Origin: Lama glama
Taxonomy: Eukaryota
DNA length: 64,000 nt
Reading direction: 5' to 3'
Assembly (NCBI GenBank): GCA_028534125.1
Contig: CM052816.1
Location: 17,176,001-17,240,000 of the forward strand
The position numbers and the translations under genes are program-made. This document shows, one piece after another, positions 23,001-38,084 of the stretch (position 1 is the stretch's first letter; every line of letters starts with the position of its first letter). The notes below the pieces were generated by a model that was not told the origin of the DNA, ran no database searches, and saw nothing but the letters and a program-made list of their open reading frames with translations.

Positions 23001-25269
23001 GTCACCATACTGACTTCCTATAAATTAAAAGTGTTGAGATTGTATTCTCTGTCCTGAGCCCCAGGAATTAGGAATATTTGATTTTCCTCATCTGTAGAAT
23101 CACTATGATATGAGAAAACCCAGCCAACCAGCAGCCTTGGTTTCAAAGGTACTCACAGCCTCCACGTTGTCTGTCTGCTTTTCTTCTCCTGTTGTCCCCA
23201 CAGAAAGAGCCCCTCGGGGCTGGGTTTGTTTGAGGTAGATCCCTGCTCTCTGGCAAGGAGGGGCATAAACTGGAATGACAGCTGTGAGCAAAGAGGCTAG
23301 GGTATCAACTGGAAGGGATGGGGAAGGGTCTCCCTATTCCACTCTGTTTAGTGCAGCCCCAGCCTTCAGTGAACCACGCTTGGGGGAGTGCTCATCCTTC
23401 CGACAGAAGACCGAGAAATATATGACCCCAAGTTGACCACTAATAACTATACATCAAATCTAAATGAAAATGAGGAGATAAAAGGCAGGGCAGAAGCCAA
23501 AGTCTCATTCGGTGAACAAAGCATTTTTAGCTGGAATGCAAAGAATTTTGGTATTGGCATTTCAGGGAAATTCAAGCTGCCCTTCCTCTCAGTCCAGAAG
23601 ACAGAAGATAGCTCACAGTTGTTTGGATCAGGATTACAATTTTACTGATTTAAGAAATGCAACATTCATATCAGCATTGGCTTTGGTGGAGGACCTAGGG
23701 TTGTAGATCTTTGTGGAGAGGTATGTGGAACAGCCCATTTTTCTTTGAAGCTTAAGACTTCTGTTTTACATCTGTTGGTTGATGTGCTTTTGATTGTGCT
23801 GGATTGATCAATACACTTAAAATATAATAAAAATAATTTAGGTCTGAGAAATAGAGAAACTTCTTGTTATCATGAGTAAGCTGAAAATTTCTGTGACACA
23901 TATAGACTTCCACTTTGTGTAACAAATTATATGATTAGACAACAAGCTTTGATTGATATCCTACTGTGCGCCTAGAACTAAGAAGCTTGAGAGTGCTTTG
24001 GAAAAACTATCAAGAGGAAGAAACATAAATGTCATACTACATTTACAGTAAGCTAAGTGTACATTAAGTGCAGTCCATAGTAATGCTTCGTTTCCCTGAG
24101 TAAGTCATTGCTTAGTAAGTGGTTCAGCATTACTACAGTACAGTAAACTAAGTGCAGCTGGTAACAACTCCATACACATGGTGTAAAAGTTTCAAAAGCC
24201 ATTCAACTCAGCCAGTATTTTTTGAGCATCTGATGTAGCCCAACTACTTTATTTTGTTTTGTTTCATAGCTCCAGACTGTTTCTCTGTCTAGTTTCAGTC
24301 ACTTGTTTAAAAATTAAATGATACTTGCTGGTCATGACAGAAGTTGGGGGAATTCAGTATAATCCTGTTTCCAGTAGTAGTGCAGAAGGCAAATTGTTTT
24401 GGAATGATTCATTAGAAATATGGTGTCCCTCATCAAGGGATAACATGTCCCATCAGAAAAGAAGTAATTTGTGTGAGGTAATCACGAGTGCTGATGGCTT
24501 AAGGGCTCTGTTAGCTGTAGGAATCTGTGACTCAGCATCTGGCCCCTGGTTTTTACCAGGCTGTCAAAGATCAAGGCAAGCTTCAGGTCATCGAAGCCAA
24601 CTCCTCCCTAAAAACTTTTTTTAAACAGACAAGGACCTCAAGTCTAAAGAAGAGAAGCCATTTACTAAGGTAGTGAATTACCTTGAATGCTGGAAGAACA
24701 TTAGGAAAAATTGTGAATTTGCAAAACAAAATGAGTTGGTATCCTTCAGAGTGCTAGGCATTGACTAGTATATCTTCCAAGTTATCTGATTCTGTAGTAA
24801 TCTGTACCTTTCAATGCCTTTGAACTATTTTGAACTTTACAAAGTTGTAAAAAACTCAGGGTAATGCAAATTATTTGTTTGCAGAAGCAAACAAATTTTA
24901 TTTTGTGGAGGTGCAGTTGATCACCCTGCCCCCCTCCCCTGCAAGAAACTAGTTTTGCATCTATTAACAAATTAATTTCAGTGTTTCTGGCTACCTCTTG
25001 AACCAGTTTTTAATATCTTCTTGTTATGTCTTTAATTAATGAGTTAAATAAAACTGCTAAGATGTGTTTGTTTTATTTTTATATGCCAGTCATAATTTTA
25101 CCTAAAAGAATTATCCTTTAACAGGAAGAAACTAGGCTAAGTAATCACTTGTAAATTTTTCCTCACATTTTTATATGTTTATAGTCTACATGGATAACAT
25201 TTTAAAACAAACCTCACTGAGATGAATTTCCTGTCTCATAAAAAACTAACTTTTCTTTTTTAGAATATT

Positions 25270-26040
25270 TGTTATAAAACTAACCATTTTAAAGGGAACA
25301 ATTCACTGGCATTTAGGACATTCACAACGTTGTACAAGCACACATCTATCTAATTCCAAAACATTTCCATCACTCCAAATCAAACTTCTTATCAGTATCT
25401 CCCTACTCTTCCCTCCCCATTACCCATGGCAACCACCAGTCTGCATTCCGTGTCTAAGAATTTATCTATTCTGGATATTTCATATAAATATAATCATATA
25501 ATATGTGACCTTTTGTATCTGGCTTCTTTAGCTTAGTGTAATATTTTGGAAATCTATTCATGTTGTAGCATTTATCTGTAATATGTTCCTTTTTATGGCT
25601 GAATAATATTCCATTGTATGTATATACCACAATTTGTTTGTCTGTCTGTCTTTTGATGGACTTTGAGTTGTTTCTACCTTTTGGCTATTGTGAATGGTAT
25701 TGCTATGAACATGCACATACATCCAATTTTTAAAGTCTCTGTTTTCAGTTCTTTTGGGTATGTATCAAGGAGTGGAATTGCAACATCATATGGTAATTCT
25801 ATGTTTAGCTTTTTGAGGAACCAGCAGACTGTTTTCCACAGAGACTGAACTATCTTACATTTCCCCAGCAATGTATGAGGGTTCCAATTTCTCCACATCT
25901 TCAACAACCCTTGTTATTTTCCATTTTTAAACTTATAGCCAGCCTACTGGGTATATTTGGGTAGTACCTCATTGTGGTTTTGATTTGCACTTCCCTAATG
26001 ACTGAAGATGTTAAGTATCTCTTCACATGCTTCTTAATCA
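25270..26040 (-). mobile_element. L1 (L1MB-like) 3' end
   Basis: ORF 25674..25907(-) is the L1 ORF2 C-terminus (WKTVCWFLKKLNIELPYDVAIPLL). Confidence 0.85.
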
Positions 26041-29000
26041 TGTGAAATTTTGAATAGTAACATCGTATTTTGAGTATGATGGGAAGGCTGGCTACTGAAA
26101 AGAAATCTTTAACTCCCACTGTAATGCAAGTAATTATCCCTTAATTTATGTTTCTTAATTTAAGATTTTATACATTAAGTTTATGAAATGATTCTATAGG
26201 GAAAGTTACCTTTTTTGGACATGAACTAGAAAGGATTTTCTCCACCCTCTACATGATGCTCTTTACAAGGTGCTTTCATAGACCATGCCTGAACCTTCCA
26301 CAGTATCAAGCAAGTGCTCTCAAGGAACTCAGAAAAATGTTGCCATGGTGATAGTAGCTGTCCTTGTGAAACACTGCTGTGTGAGCCGTTTTATGCCTTA
26401 AAATCTTGCTTGGCACCGTCTCTTTGTCAGATTTATTTGCTGATATACTTTTTAAACGTGGATACATAGTACATTTTTAATAATAATAACAACAACTAAC
26501 ATTTGTTGAACATTTATTAGGTACCAGACTCTCTGCTAGGTGTTTTATGTAGAGTATATCCTTTAATCCGAGTAGAATATTAGCTCCTAAAGGTAGATTC
26601 TTGTTTTTCATGTCCATTGTATCTTCAGCATATGAGTGCCTGCTACAGAGCAGGTATTCAGTGAATATCATTGAATGAATTAACACCCCTTTGAGGTAGT
26701 TTTTGTGATTTTCTTCATTTTGCAAATGAGGAAGGCGAGGCTAAGAAATGTAAAGCAATTTCCCCAAGATCATACAGATGGGTAGTGGTGGAGCCTAAAC
26801 TAGAACTCAGGCAACCTACTCCAGAATCTGTACCAAATTGCCTTTTAAGTCACAGTATTCAGAACAGCACTTTCACCTCTTCATTCAGGGTGGCCAGGCA
26901 GTTTTGTCAAATAATGCAGAAGCAATTAAATTCATTTCATTTCAAGAAAATATTTATTAATGGCCATCAGTGTGCTCAGACATTTGTTGTATGTAATGCT
27001 GAGAACAGGGAGTTAAGAAAATGAGATTTTGTTGTGCATCTTGACATTAGCTGGATGACCTTGAACAAATAACATACACTTTCTAGACTTTGGATTCCTC
27101 ATGTATAAAATGGAAAAGTTGGACTAGGTAAGCTAAGTGTGCTCCTACAATAAAATATGATGACTTTAATAAGTGGCACTGATAAGGCCACAGTGAACTT
27201 GTTTGCTGGGGATGGGGTGGTGGGGAGTATAAGTGGTTTATGTACTTAACCTTTAGAGGGAATGAAAAAAGAGGAAAGGGCAGCAAGATGGTAAGTATAT
27301 GATGGCAGTGGTAGAGTGTACCATCTAGAAGAGAAAATAAAGCAGCTGTCCAAATAACAAGGGAGCCTTAGCTCACCCTTAATTTTAAGAAATGAGATTC
27401 ATTTCTATTCTAGCCCTTGCCTTTGAGAAGCATAATAGCCTAAGGTTATTTAGTATTTTATAGCTTCTCAATGCTTTCCTTTCCTTTGTGCTCTATAACT
27501 TTGCTGAGACGTAGTTTGGGGATGATAGTTGGGAAAACCAAGGGCTTGGCAAAGCTTATATAATTGCCTAGTGATTCTCAACCTTGAGTTTTTGATACCA
27601 GGCTGTCTTATACTGGAACGTGAGGAAAACGTGAAATTATTATTTTTTAATGTTGTCGATTTTTCTTTTTTAAATTCACTTGATTAAAAATATATGCTGC
27701 ATGACACTTTCCCCCTTGGTTTCTAGGAGTAGAGGATATTGCCTAAGAGAACAGGTAATAATAGGGTACCAAAACTTCCCAAACAATGTGTTAACTTTTT
27801 CAGGAAAAAAGATCTTATAGACAGAACACCCTCTTTAAGGCTCACTTGTTTTATACTTTAAATTGGGTTGAATGATTGTATTACTTATTTTACAAAGTTT
27901 AGCCAGTAAGTACACTAAATGCTCATCAGGTGCCTGGTGTATACAAAGCACTAAGCCTAAGAAATTCAGAGATGACCCTTTCCCTCAACCTTGTAAAAGT
28001 TAAGAAACCTATACAATGAACCACAGTATATGATATAATATTATGAGTGCCTGATGCTAAATCTAAAGTGTCACAGGAAATCAAGAAGATACCCCTTTAA
28101 ACTACAGTGGTTGAGGAAAACTTTTTGGAAGGGAAGGTACTGGAGCCAAGTCTTGAAGGATGTATATATTAAGATAAGACAGAGAGAGAGAGAGATCAAC
28201 AGGTAGAGGGAATAGTATGAACATAAGCTTAGGAGGAAGAATATTCAGTGTATTTGATAGTTTATGGCAGAGGAGGAAAGTTAAAAAAGATGCGTAGTGC
28301 GAAATAGAGAGGAGAAATGAATGGAAGTTGTGAACAAGTTTGTACTCCCTGACAAAAACTGTTAGAAAGATTCTTCCAACGTTTGATTCTTTGCATACCT
28401 TCCAGTGTTCGTTTCCCATTCCTGCCCCACATCAAATAAAACAAAAGAATAAACAGTTAATTCCTTCATTCAGCAAATATTTATTGAGTACCTGCTCTGT
28501 CCCAGGTGCTTTACTAGGAGCGTAAGCTATAAAGATAAACTAGACACAGTCCTGACCACAAAAAGCTCACAGTCTGGTAGGAAAGAACAACTCTTGGTTA
28601 GAAAAGGGGTACACACAAAGTGCTCATTATGTTTGAAATGGGGCCACCTTGAAAAAGAATGATCTTGGCTGCACTGGGCTAATGGCCTGAGCTCTGTTTT
28701 TAGCCCTTGGGAGCAACCTCAGGATGTGTGGCATACCAGAACAACAGCTGCATACTATATTCTGAGAATGATGAAAGTGGCACCTCTGTTTTTCCAGGCC
28801 CAGAGCAATGACTCTGACTGAGAAGGAGAGGTGAGCTGTTTCGCTCCTGGCTTGTACTGTTGGGCACATTGTTGCAAAGAATTTTAGAGGGGAAGTTTCA
28901 GATTTTCCTGCCTTTGTCCTAAAGAAAGAAGATATGGAGAAGGAAGGGATAAGGGGGTAATAAACTGTAGAGTCCTTTCATAAAAAATGTATAGAATCTA

Positions 29001-29804
29001 CCTATTAGTATTTCTTAGATGCAGCAAGAGAAGGTAATAATAATGATAAACAATACTGAGTGTTCACTTTGTGCCATGCACTATAATGAAGGCTTTAACA
29101 TACAATATTCAATTTAACTCTCACAGTAGTCCTAAAAACTAGCTACTAGTTTCATCATCTTTTACAGATAAGAATACTGAGGCTTAAAAATATTAAGTAA
29201 CTTTCCCATGTCACATAGGCTCATAAATGAATATAGTGGAAAGTATATTGGAATAGGTTTTTTATTTCATATTTCATAGAGAAAACTAAAGCCCAGAGAG
29301 AAGTGATTCGTCCATAGATACAGAGCAGAATGATGTCAGAGCCAGACTGAGAACTCATATCTCAATTTTATGACTCTTAAAAATTTTAATTCTTTTGTAA
29401 CAGAAAATTTTAAGTATATATGACTCAGCTTCTTCATTTACCTAATCATGATCAATATTATTTCACTTATACTCCCACTCACCTGCCCTTTATATTAATT
29501 TAAAGCAAAAACTAAACATTATATTATTTAATCTGTAAGTATACCAGAATGTTTTTCTGAAAGATGAGTCCTTAAAAAAAATAAAAATAAAAAAGATGAA
29601 TCATTTAAAAAACATAATCATAATATCATTATCTAAATTTAACAATTTAGCTGAACTAAAATTAATAGTAATTCCTTAATACCATCAGTTATCCTGTCTG
29701 AGTTCAAATTTCCAGTTGTCTCATAAGTGTCATAATTATTTCTTACAGTTTGATTGCTTGAATCAGGATCCAGATAAGGTCTACCATTACAACAGATACA
29801 TCTT

Positions 29805-31647
29805 CTTTTTTTAATTGATGTATAGTTGATTTACAGTGTTGTGTTAGTTTCAGGTGTACAACAATGTGATGTGTATATATATGGATGTATATTCTTTTTC
29901 AGATTCTTTTCCATTATAAGTTATTACAGATATCGAATATAATTCCCTGTGCTATAGAGTAGATCCTTGTTGTTTATATATTTTATTTACAGTAATGTGT
30001 ATCTGTTAATCCCAAACTCCTAATTTTTCCCCTTTGGTAACCATAAGTTTGTTTTCTATGACTGTGGGTCTATTTCTGCTTGTAAAATAAGGTCATTTGT
30101 ATCATTTTTTTAGATTTCACATGTAAGTGATACCATGTGATACTTGTCTTTCTCTGTCTGACTTACTTCACTTAGCATGATAATCTCTAGGTATAATCTC
30201 TAGGTTCATCCACATTGCTGCAAGTGGCATTATTTCATTCTCTTTTAAGGCTGAGTAATATTCCATTAAATATATATATAACATATCTTCTTAAACCAAT
30301 CATCTGCTGATGGGCACTTGGGTTGTTTCCGTGTTTGGCTATTGTAAATAGTGCTGCTATGAATATTGGAGTGCATGTATTTTTTTGAATTAGAGTTTTT
30401 GTCTTTTCCAGATATATACCCAGGAGTGGAATCACTGAATCATGTGGTAACTCTATTTTTAGTTTTTAAAGAAACTTCCATGCTCTTCTCCATAATGGCT
30501 GCACCAATTTACATTCCCACCAACAGTGTAGAAGGGTTGCCTTTTCTCCAGACCCTCTCCAGCATTTATCATTTGTAGACTTTTTGATGATGGCCATTCA
30601 GACTGGCATGAGGTGATACCTCATTGTAGTTTTGATTTGCATTTCTCTAATAATTAGTGATGCTGAACATCATTTCATGTGTCTATTGGCCATCTGTGTA
30701 TCTTCTTTGGAGAAGAGTCTGTTTAGGTCTTCTGTCCATTTTCTGATTGAATTTTTTTTATATTGATCTGTATAAGCTGTTTGTATATTTTGAAAATTAA
30801 GCTCTTGTCAGTCTCATCATTTGCAAATATTTTCTTCTATTCCATAGGTTGTCTTTTTGTTTTGTTAATGGTTTCCTTTGTTGTGCAAAAGCTTTTAAGT
30901 TTAATTAGGTCTCATTTATTTATTCTTGCTTTTATTTCCATTACCCTAGAAGATGGATCCAAAACGACATTGCTGTGATTTATGTCGAAGAGTGTTCTGT
31001 CTATGTTTTCCTCTAGGAGTTTTATAATATCCGGTGTTACATTTAGGTCTTTAATCCATTTTGAGTTTATTTCTATATATGGTGTTAAAGAATGTAGCTT
31101 TTATATGCAGCTGTCCAGTTTCCCAGCACCACTTATTGAAGAGACTGTTTTTTATCCATTGTATATTCTTGCCTCCTTTGTCATAGATTAATTGAGCTTA
31201 GGTGCGTGGCTTTATTTCTGGGCTTTCTATCTTGTCCCATTAATCTGTGAGTATGTTTTTGTGCCAGTACCATACTTTTTTGATTACTGTAGCTTTGTAG
31301 TATAGTCTGAACCCAAGGAATACAATTCCTCTTGCTCTGTTCTACTTTCTCAAGGTTATTTTGGCTATTTGGAGTCTTTCGTGCTTCCATACAAATTTTA
31401 AGATTATTTGTTGTAGCCTTGTAAATAGTGCCATTTGAGAAGGATTGCATTAAATCTGTAGATTGCCTTGGGTAGTATGATCATTTTAATAATATTAATT
31501 TTTCCAGTCCAAGGACACAGTATATCTTTCTGTTTGTATCATCTTCGATTTCTTTCATCAGCACCCTATAGTTTTCAGAGTACAGGTCTTTTGCATCCTT
31601 ACATGGGTTTATTCCTAGGTATTTTATTCTTTTTCATGCAATGGTAG
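29805..31647 (-). mobile_element. 5'-truncated L1 (~1.8 kb) inserted in an older L1 fossil (~29390-32000)
   Basis: Antisense ORF2 remnants (ORFs 30235..30435 and 31181..31450) and a T-rich tail at ~29805. Confidence 0.85.
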
Positions 31648-33398
31648 GTATATATTTTAAGTCTCTTTTAACCTATAGCTTTCCCTCCACATTTTAAATT
31701 TCTTGTAATTTAAATTATTGAAAAATTTAGTTGTTTGTCTTCTAATGTTTACTGCAATTTTTATTTTGTTGGTTATTTAATCCCTTTGGTGCAGGTTAAT
31801 ATGTTCTTCTGTCTTATATATTTCCTGTAAATTGGTAGTTGGATTTAGAGGCTTGATCAGATTCAGGTTTGATATATACTATTTTTTTTTTGCGAAATTA
31901 CTTTATAGATACTTTATTGTATCGTCAGGAGGCACATAATGTCTAGTTACCTCTCTTTTTGTGATGCTTAATACCTAGATACATTAGTTTATTGAGGGTT
32001 GCAAGGCCTTCTATTTTTATCAATGTGATGAGTATCAAGAAGAAAATTCACTCTCTTACCTTAAACAACTAAAAAACTCAACGATGTACAGAAAAGAACA
32101 GTTTTCAGACATTGGACAACAAACATTACAGGACTGCAATCTATAAAGGAAAGGAAATGACATAGGTGTCTGGCATCCAATGAAAAATTACTGGACATTC
32201 AAAGAAATATGATCATACAGCTATAACATAAAATTTAATTAATAGAAACAGAATCCTGGAATGAGAGCTCATAGAATTAGTAGGCAAAGATATTAAAACG
32301 TATGTTATAAATATACTTCATTATTCAAGAGCTAGAGGAAGACATGAGCATAACAAGGAGAGAAAATGGAAGATATAAAAGACCCAGACCCAAACCTAGA
32401 GATTAAAAAATGCAACATTTGAGAAGAAAAGTCATTGCATGGTATTAACAGCAGATAAGACACAGTAGAAGAAAAGATTAGACACTTGAAAACATAGTAA
32501 TAGAAACTATCCAAAGTAAAGCACAGGAATGCCTATGGTGGTGGAAGGTTTAGGCACTGGGCTTTACAATTCCACATCAAAGAAAGTATGGTTGCCTTGG
32601 AGTAACTGGAAACTAAGATTAATTTTAGGCCATTCCTGTGTGCCAATTGATAAATTGTATAACCCCAGCATTGCTCCTCAGGTTTCAGTGAGCATGACGT
32701 CTTTATGGGAGAAGACAGTTGGGCTTCCCACCAAAACTTGTAAGAAGATTTTGTCTGAACCACAAATATGAGCTCTAACCATGTGCCCCTTAGTTCTTTC
32801 TGATTCCTGGATGTTGTGGCTACCTTGCCTGAGATCCATTTGGTGTTCAGCGTTTAGCTATAAATAAGTCTTGAACTCTGATGGTTGGCTGGATTTGAGG
32901 AGCAGAGGGAGGGAGAACAGCTGGAGAGGCTAGAATGTTAACCAAGAATGTGCAAACCAGGAAGGAAGGCAGGAATCCAGGCTTATTTGAATGTGTGTTT
33001 CTGTAGACATGCAGCCTGATTGTAATCTGTGGCCAGTTGTGTCTGCAGGAGAAATTGAGTTTTCCTCTTCCTAGGCCTCCCTCTCTCAAATTCCTGGGCA
33101 TAGATCATACCTAAACCTGTTTCATCCAACCCGTACATAGTAGTGAATGAATCTCCTCATTTAAAGTCAGGAGATGAGTTCAAGTTCTGACTGCCAATTA
33201 CTGTGACTATAGGTAAATCATACAATCTGTCTGGAAAAATGGAGTTATACCTCCTTCCTGTCACTCCACATAGTTGCTGGGAGAATGAACTGAGGTGATA
33301 GGCTTGAAAGTGTTTTGTGAATTATCAAGCTCTGTGTAATTTTAAGGAAGGAGGAAGATGTGATTTTTTGAGGGGATTTTACACTAAGCTGTCCAGTG

Positions 33399-33416
33399 TG
33401 CCACAAGGTGGCAGCA
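33399..33416 (+). promoter_or_regulatory. Candidate CTCF site, forward orientation
   Basis: tgCCACAAGGTGGCAGca, one mismatch to the CCASYAGRKGGCRS consensus, in apparently unique sequence. Confidence 0.5.
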
Positions 33417-36400
33417 GGAGCCTATCTTTGCTCCTGTCTTTAGCACAGGGTCAAAAATAAGAAAGGGATTTGGATGCTGTTTTATTCTGCAAAGGTGAAG
33501 GAGAGAATTTATTCCTTTACCACTGCCTACATTTCTCACTCAATCAAATCCTTTAAGTCTATATTAAGTGATTTCTCAAAGGATTTACATTCTTAAATCA
33601 GAATCCCAGGGCACTTCCCCTTGTTGAAGTAAAATGAGCCCTGGCAGTTTTCAGTTAATGATTGCAAATCTGTTCTAGGCTTTGAGCTTTCATACAACTG
33701 TTGCCTGCCCTGGAATTGCACCACTATAGACTCCAAACTCATTTTCATTTTCATTCTTGAATCAGAGCTCTAGTGGACCTGGAAAACCAGCTAATCCAAT
33801 TCTTCATCTTGCAGAAGTGGAAAGTGGACAGAGAAGGGAAATAAATTGTCCTAGATGAAACAGTTCATTCAAGAGTTAAGATTTCAATCTAGGTTTCTTC
33901 CTGTGGGTTCATTTTCTTTGCAGATGTGAATATTTTCCAGATGTGTTGGGAGGTTTGAAGCAGCTTTTGTTTCTCCCAAGTGGTGAGAATTTTGAGGGCT
34001 TTCTGAGGCCGAGGGAAATAGGAGACCACTTTGTAGCATCCATTTGAAAAATCTTTTGAAGAAGAGTTGCCAGAAGCATCTGTTTAAGAATCCCCAAGAA
34101 TCTGAAAAGTAGGCCCTAGAAACTCTCAGGTATGCATGCTTGAAGGACTGCAACACATAATGCCTTGGGAGAGATGAAGAATTATTTCAAAGGATGCATT
34201 TCAGTATATGGGCTTTCATGTTAGTCTTGCCTTCCCAATTATATTCTTCTCAGAGATGCATGTTGAAATGAGACCATTCTCAGTGTACCATGGCTTATGG
34301 CAAAAGACGGCAAGAATGAGGGAAGCCAACATTTTAAACATTTGCTACCTATAACAGGGCATTCATTCTCTGTGCACAGAAAATTCACATAAAGGTGGCA
34401 GACTGGTAGAATGAAAGAATGTGGATTGAGAATCTAACAGATATTGGGTCACAGCCTGTCCCAGTTACTTGCCTTTGTAGGCAATTTTTGTAAGTCTCAG
34501 TTTTCTTATCTGTAAAATGGGTACCATAATATCTGCCTTGGTAGTTATAACCTTGGACAAGTTATTTAACCTCTGTGTACTTCAATTATATTGTCTGTAA
34601 CATGAGAATAATAGTAAGATGAAAAATCCTACTTTATAGGTTTTATAATAATAAACTATTACCTAGAACTACACATGACACATAGTTAGCAGTTGGAAAG
34701 TATTAGCTATTGTTATTATTTTTAAACTACCACCATACAGGGTTGTTGTGAGGATTAAATAAGACATTGCATGTAAAGTTTTTAAAGAGAATCAGCACTC
34801 AATAAAATGGTATTTATTTTTATATGTAATTAATAACCAGAGTAGTGTAAACAGTATTCACAGTAAATAAACCTGCTAACTTATGTTCTAGGAACAGAAG
34901 TATTATTTTTTCATTTGTTTTATGTTTATTCTTGCTGTGTCATTTGAGATTAATTCTTGGTTTTTTGAATTGTAGATTCATCTTCTTTGTGTTAATCTAA
35001 AGGCAGTAATAATGATTAACATTTATTGAGCCCTTACTGTGTGCCAGACCCTTTATGTATATTGTCTTGGAAGGATTCAGTAACTTGCTTATGTCCATGT
35101 AACTCACAAGTGATAGAACTAGGATTTGAACGCAGGCAATCTGATTCCAGAGTCTGCTTTCTTGACTACTTACTATTCTGTCTGCCTTAAAAAATGTTTA
35201 CTATAGGAGAACTCCATTTTGTAACAGTAGAATTGTAATATTTTAGAACCAAAAAGTATTTAAAAATTTGTCATGGATTTATAATATATATCAGGCATAC
35301 TAAAAATGTTCATAACCTTTAACATGACAGATCTACTTTTAGGAATCTATCCTAAGGAAATAATCCCAAAACAGTTTTATCACAGTGTCATTTCATCACA
35401 GTGTCATTTGTAATATGGAAAACTTTAAAGCAACCTAAACATTTAACCATAGAAATGATTAGTAAAATATTCGTATCTACTTGATGAATTATTAGGCAGC
35501 TGTTTGTAATTGTAAACAGTGATTCTGTTTGGAACTTTGTAAGAAAACAGATGCTGAATGTGAATTCATAAGAAGATAAGTAAATAGTGAATATTTTCTT
35601 TTTTCTTCTTATATACTAATTTTTAAATTCCTCAAGATTAATAGGACAAATAGATTCTCAATTCTGTTATATGTTAGGATTTAAGGAATTTGGGTAATTT
35701 CTAAAGTTTGAATCTTCTCTAGCTGATAGTCTCTAGGTAGTCTTTTTCTTTACTCAGCAAGTAGATCTGGCCCCATACTGGATACTCAGGGAGAGCCAAG
35801 AGATATAAAGTCCAGATGGTGTGTGAGGTGCTACAGTTTTGTTAGGGACTGGCTGGCAGCCTGGAAGCAGAGTACTAAATGAAGAATTAGAGGAGAGTTG
35901 GGCAGGAGGAATAGGTGACTTTGTGTACAGGTGTGGAGGAGCCCAGGGACTGGAGGCACAATGTGAGTCAGGGCTGCTGAGAAGAGGCTCTTTTGGGGAG
36001 CTGAGTCTTGGGCTAGACTTTAAAGGTAATTGTGGATCAAAACTGGTTGATTTTCAGACCAGAAGAAGAGCATCATGGGCAAAGGCCCAGAGACTGCAGT
36101 GACCATATGTTGTGGACAAAATAAATGATTGTCTTAACTAAAGTAGAAGGGCTGCCTTGGGAAGATCAAGCATTTAAAAATATGAGATCTTTAAAAAGCA
36201 TGTAGTGGCTGATCATCTTGTCCAGACTTTCTGACCCAGACTCAAGGCCAGTGAATTTTATTTTCAGTTATCTTCTTGACCATTTTTAGGATTGTATGTT
36301 TGGGATGTGTGCTGGGCCAAGAAGGTAAGACTCAGAACCAAAAATATAACTTCAGGATGGGAAGAAGCCTTTACATTGTAATGGGAAGAAGTTGTAACGA

Positions 36401-36734
36401 AATGCTTTTTATAAATTAATAAGTGCTTCTATGAGCACCAAAGTAGGGATCACCTGGAGCAAACAGACATTCATGAGAAGAGTCAAAGCTTAAAGGCCAA
36501 CTAACAAACTTGTCATCCCCAGAATTTTAGAAAGTGAAAAATGGTTGAATGATAATCAGATAATGATAGAATGATAATCATTTTAATTTAGAAAATGAAG
36601 AATGATAATCAGAAGGTATTGTAAAGCCCTTCAAGATCCTTTGTAAAGTCTGTAGGCTGACCCATCTGATTCAAGATACCAATAACCCCAGATCCATTTT
36701 AGAGATTTCTGGTGTCCACCCACATTTGATTCTC

Positions 36735-37078
36735 TTCTTCAGGGCACACTGGAAGGCTATATTTCCCCATCCCTTGCCTTTGGATAGTGACATATGAATA
36801 GTTCTGGCCAATGGGCTATGAGTGGAGGTGATATGCATGTCACTTTTAGGCTAGGTTTTTTAAATGCTGGTATGAGACTCTTCATCTCTCCCTGTCCTTG
36901 CCTTAGTAACTGAAAAGGTCATGTGTTCCAGATGGTATAACTGCAGCTGTGGAACTCAATATCTTGGGTCCCTGAATGATTATATGGAACAGAAGTTCCC
37001 CACCCCCAGTCTCAGGCCCTGACCTGAGAGATTTGGTGGTGTTTGTTACCATAGCATATACAAGCCTGTCCTGACACA
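36735..37078 (+). mobile_element. MLT1-type MaLR LTR fragment
   Basis: Motifs tagttctggccaatgggctatgagtggaggtgat...ctgagagatttggtggtgtttgttaccatagcata. Confidence 0.6.
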
Positions 37079-38084
37079 TACATTCATCCTGTGCATTTCT
37101 CTCCTTATTCTTCTCTCCTTTCTTGGGACTTAGAAGAAGCTTGTATTCAGCCCCAGGGATTAGGGGGAAAGAGTTGTAGAGGTATGTTTCGGAGGGAGGG
37201 GTGAAGGAGAACGAGGAAGAAAGGATAAATGGATAGATCTGTAAAATTTGTTCATCTCTGTGGCTGTTATGCTGTCTGCACAGGTTTTCCCATGTCCACC
37301 CCTTGGCCTTTCTGAAGAAACCTTCCTCTGAGAAGGCTGTAAGTGGTGACTGAGCAGAAATAAAACTGAGCTGGAAGCTTTGACAGTTAAATCCATGGTC
37401 AGCTGTAGAGGCTGAATTTCCAGTGACTCTGACCCTGGTTGTTCACAGAATTTCTTTGAAGGCTGACTATGGAGGAATAAATCAACTCATCCAGCTCCAT
37501 TTTATGTGAAGTTTCTGTGTGAATTTGAGACTCCTCAGTCATTACTCACTAAAGTCAGCTCAGATAGAGAATAAATATTGTTATAATGCATTTATTCCAA
37601 AAATATTTCCCAGCAGAAGTCAGGAGCCAGCCTGCTCAATTTAGTTCTGCCACTGACTAGCTTTATGGTAGATAGCAAGTCACTTTCCCTCTCTGAGCTT
37701 CAGTCCTTCCTATGAATAGTTCCAGCAATGACATTCTGAAGTTCTGAGATGAGAGAGTATAGAAGAATGTTTCCAGTTTGGGGGTTGAGGATTCAAGGAG
37801 GGAGAGGGGGAAAAGAGTTAACTCTGATCCACTCTTTACCTTTTGGCTCCTCTCACTGTCAAAGGTTATCCTTGTTTCCTCCCTTCCCACAGAGGATGGT
37901 GACAGTGCAATATGTTTATGAAGTTGCTTTAAAGCTTCCTTCCTGGAGGCTTGTAAGTGCCTTGAGAGCCTGGTTATATTCGTCTCTGCCTCTCCTGGGC
38001 CTGGCATAGTTTGTGCCACAAAGTAGATGCTTAATAAATGTCTGCTGACTTGAATTGGAGTGAGTACATTGTGTTATTTTTTAA

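Noticed and set aside
23204..23648. Strong plus-strand acceptor at 23203/23204 and an 86-aa ORF
   Set aside because: No convincing donor or protein similarity. At most a lncRNA exon, which cannot be supported from sequence alone.
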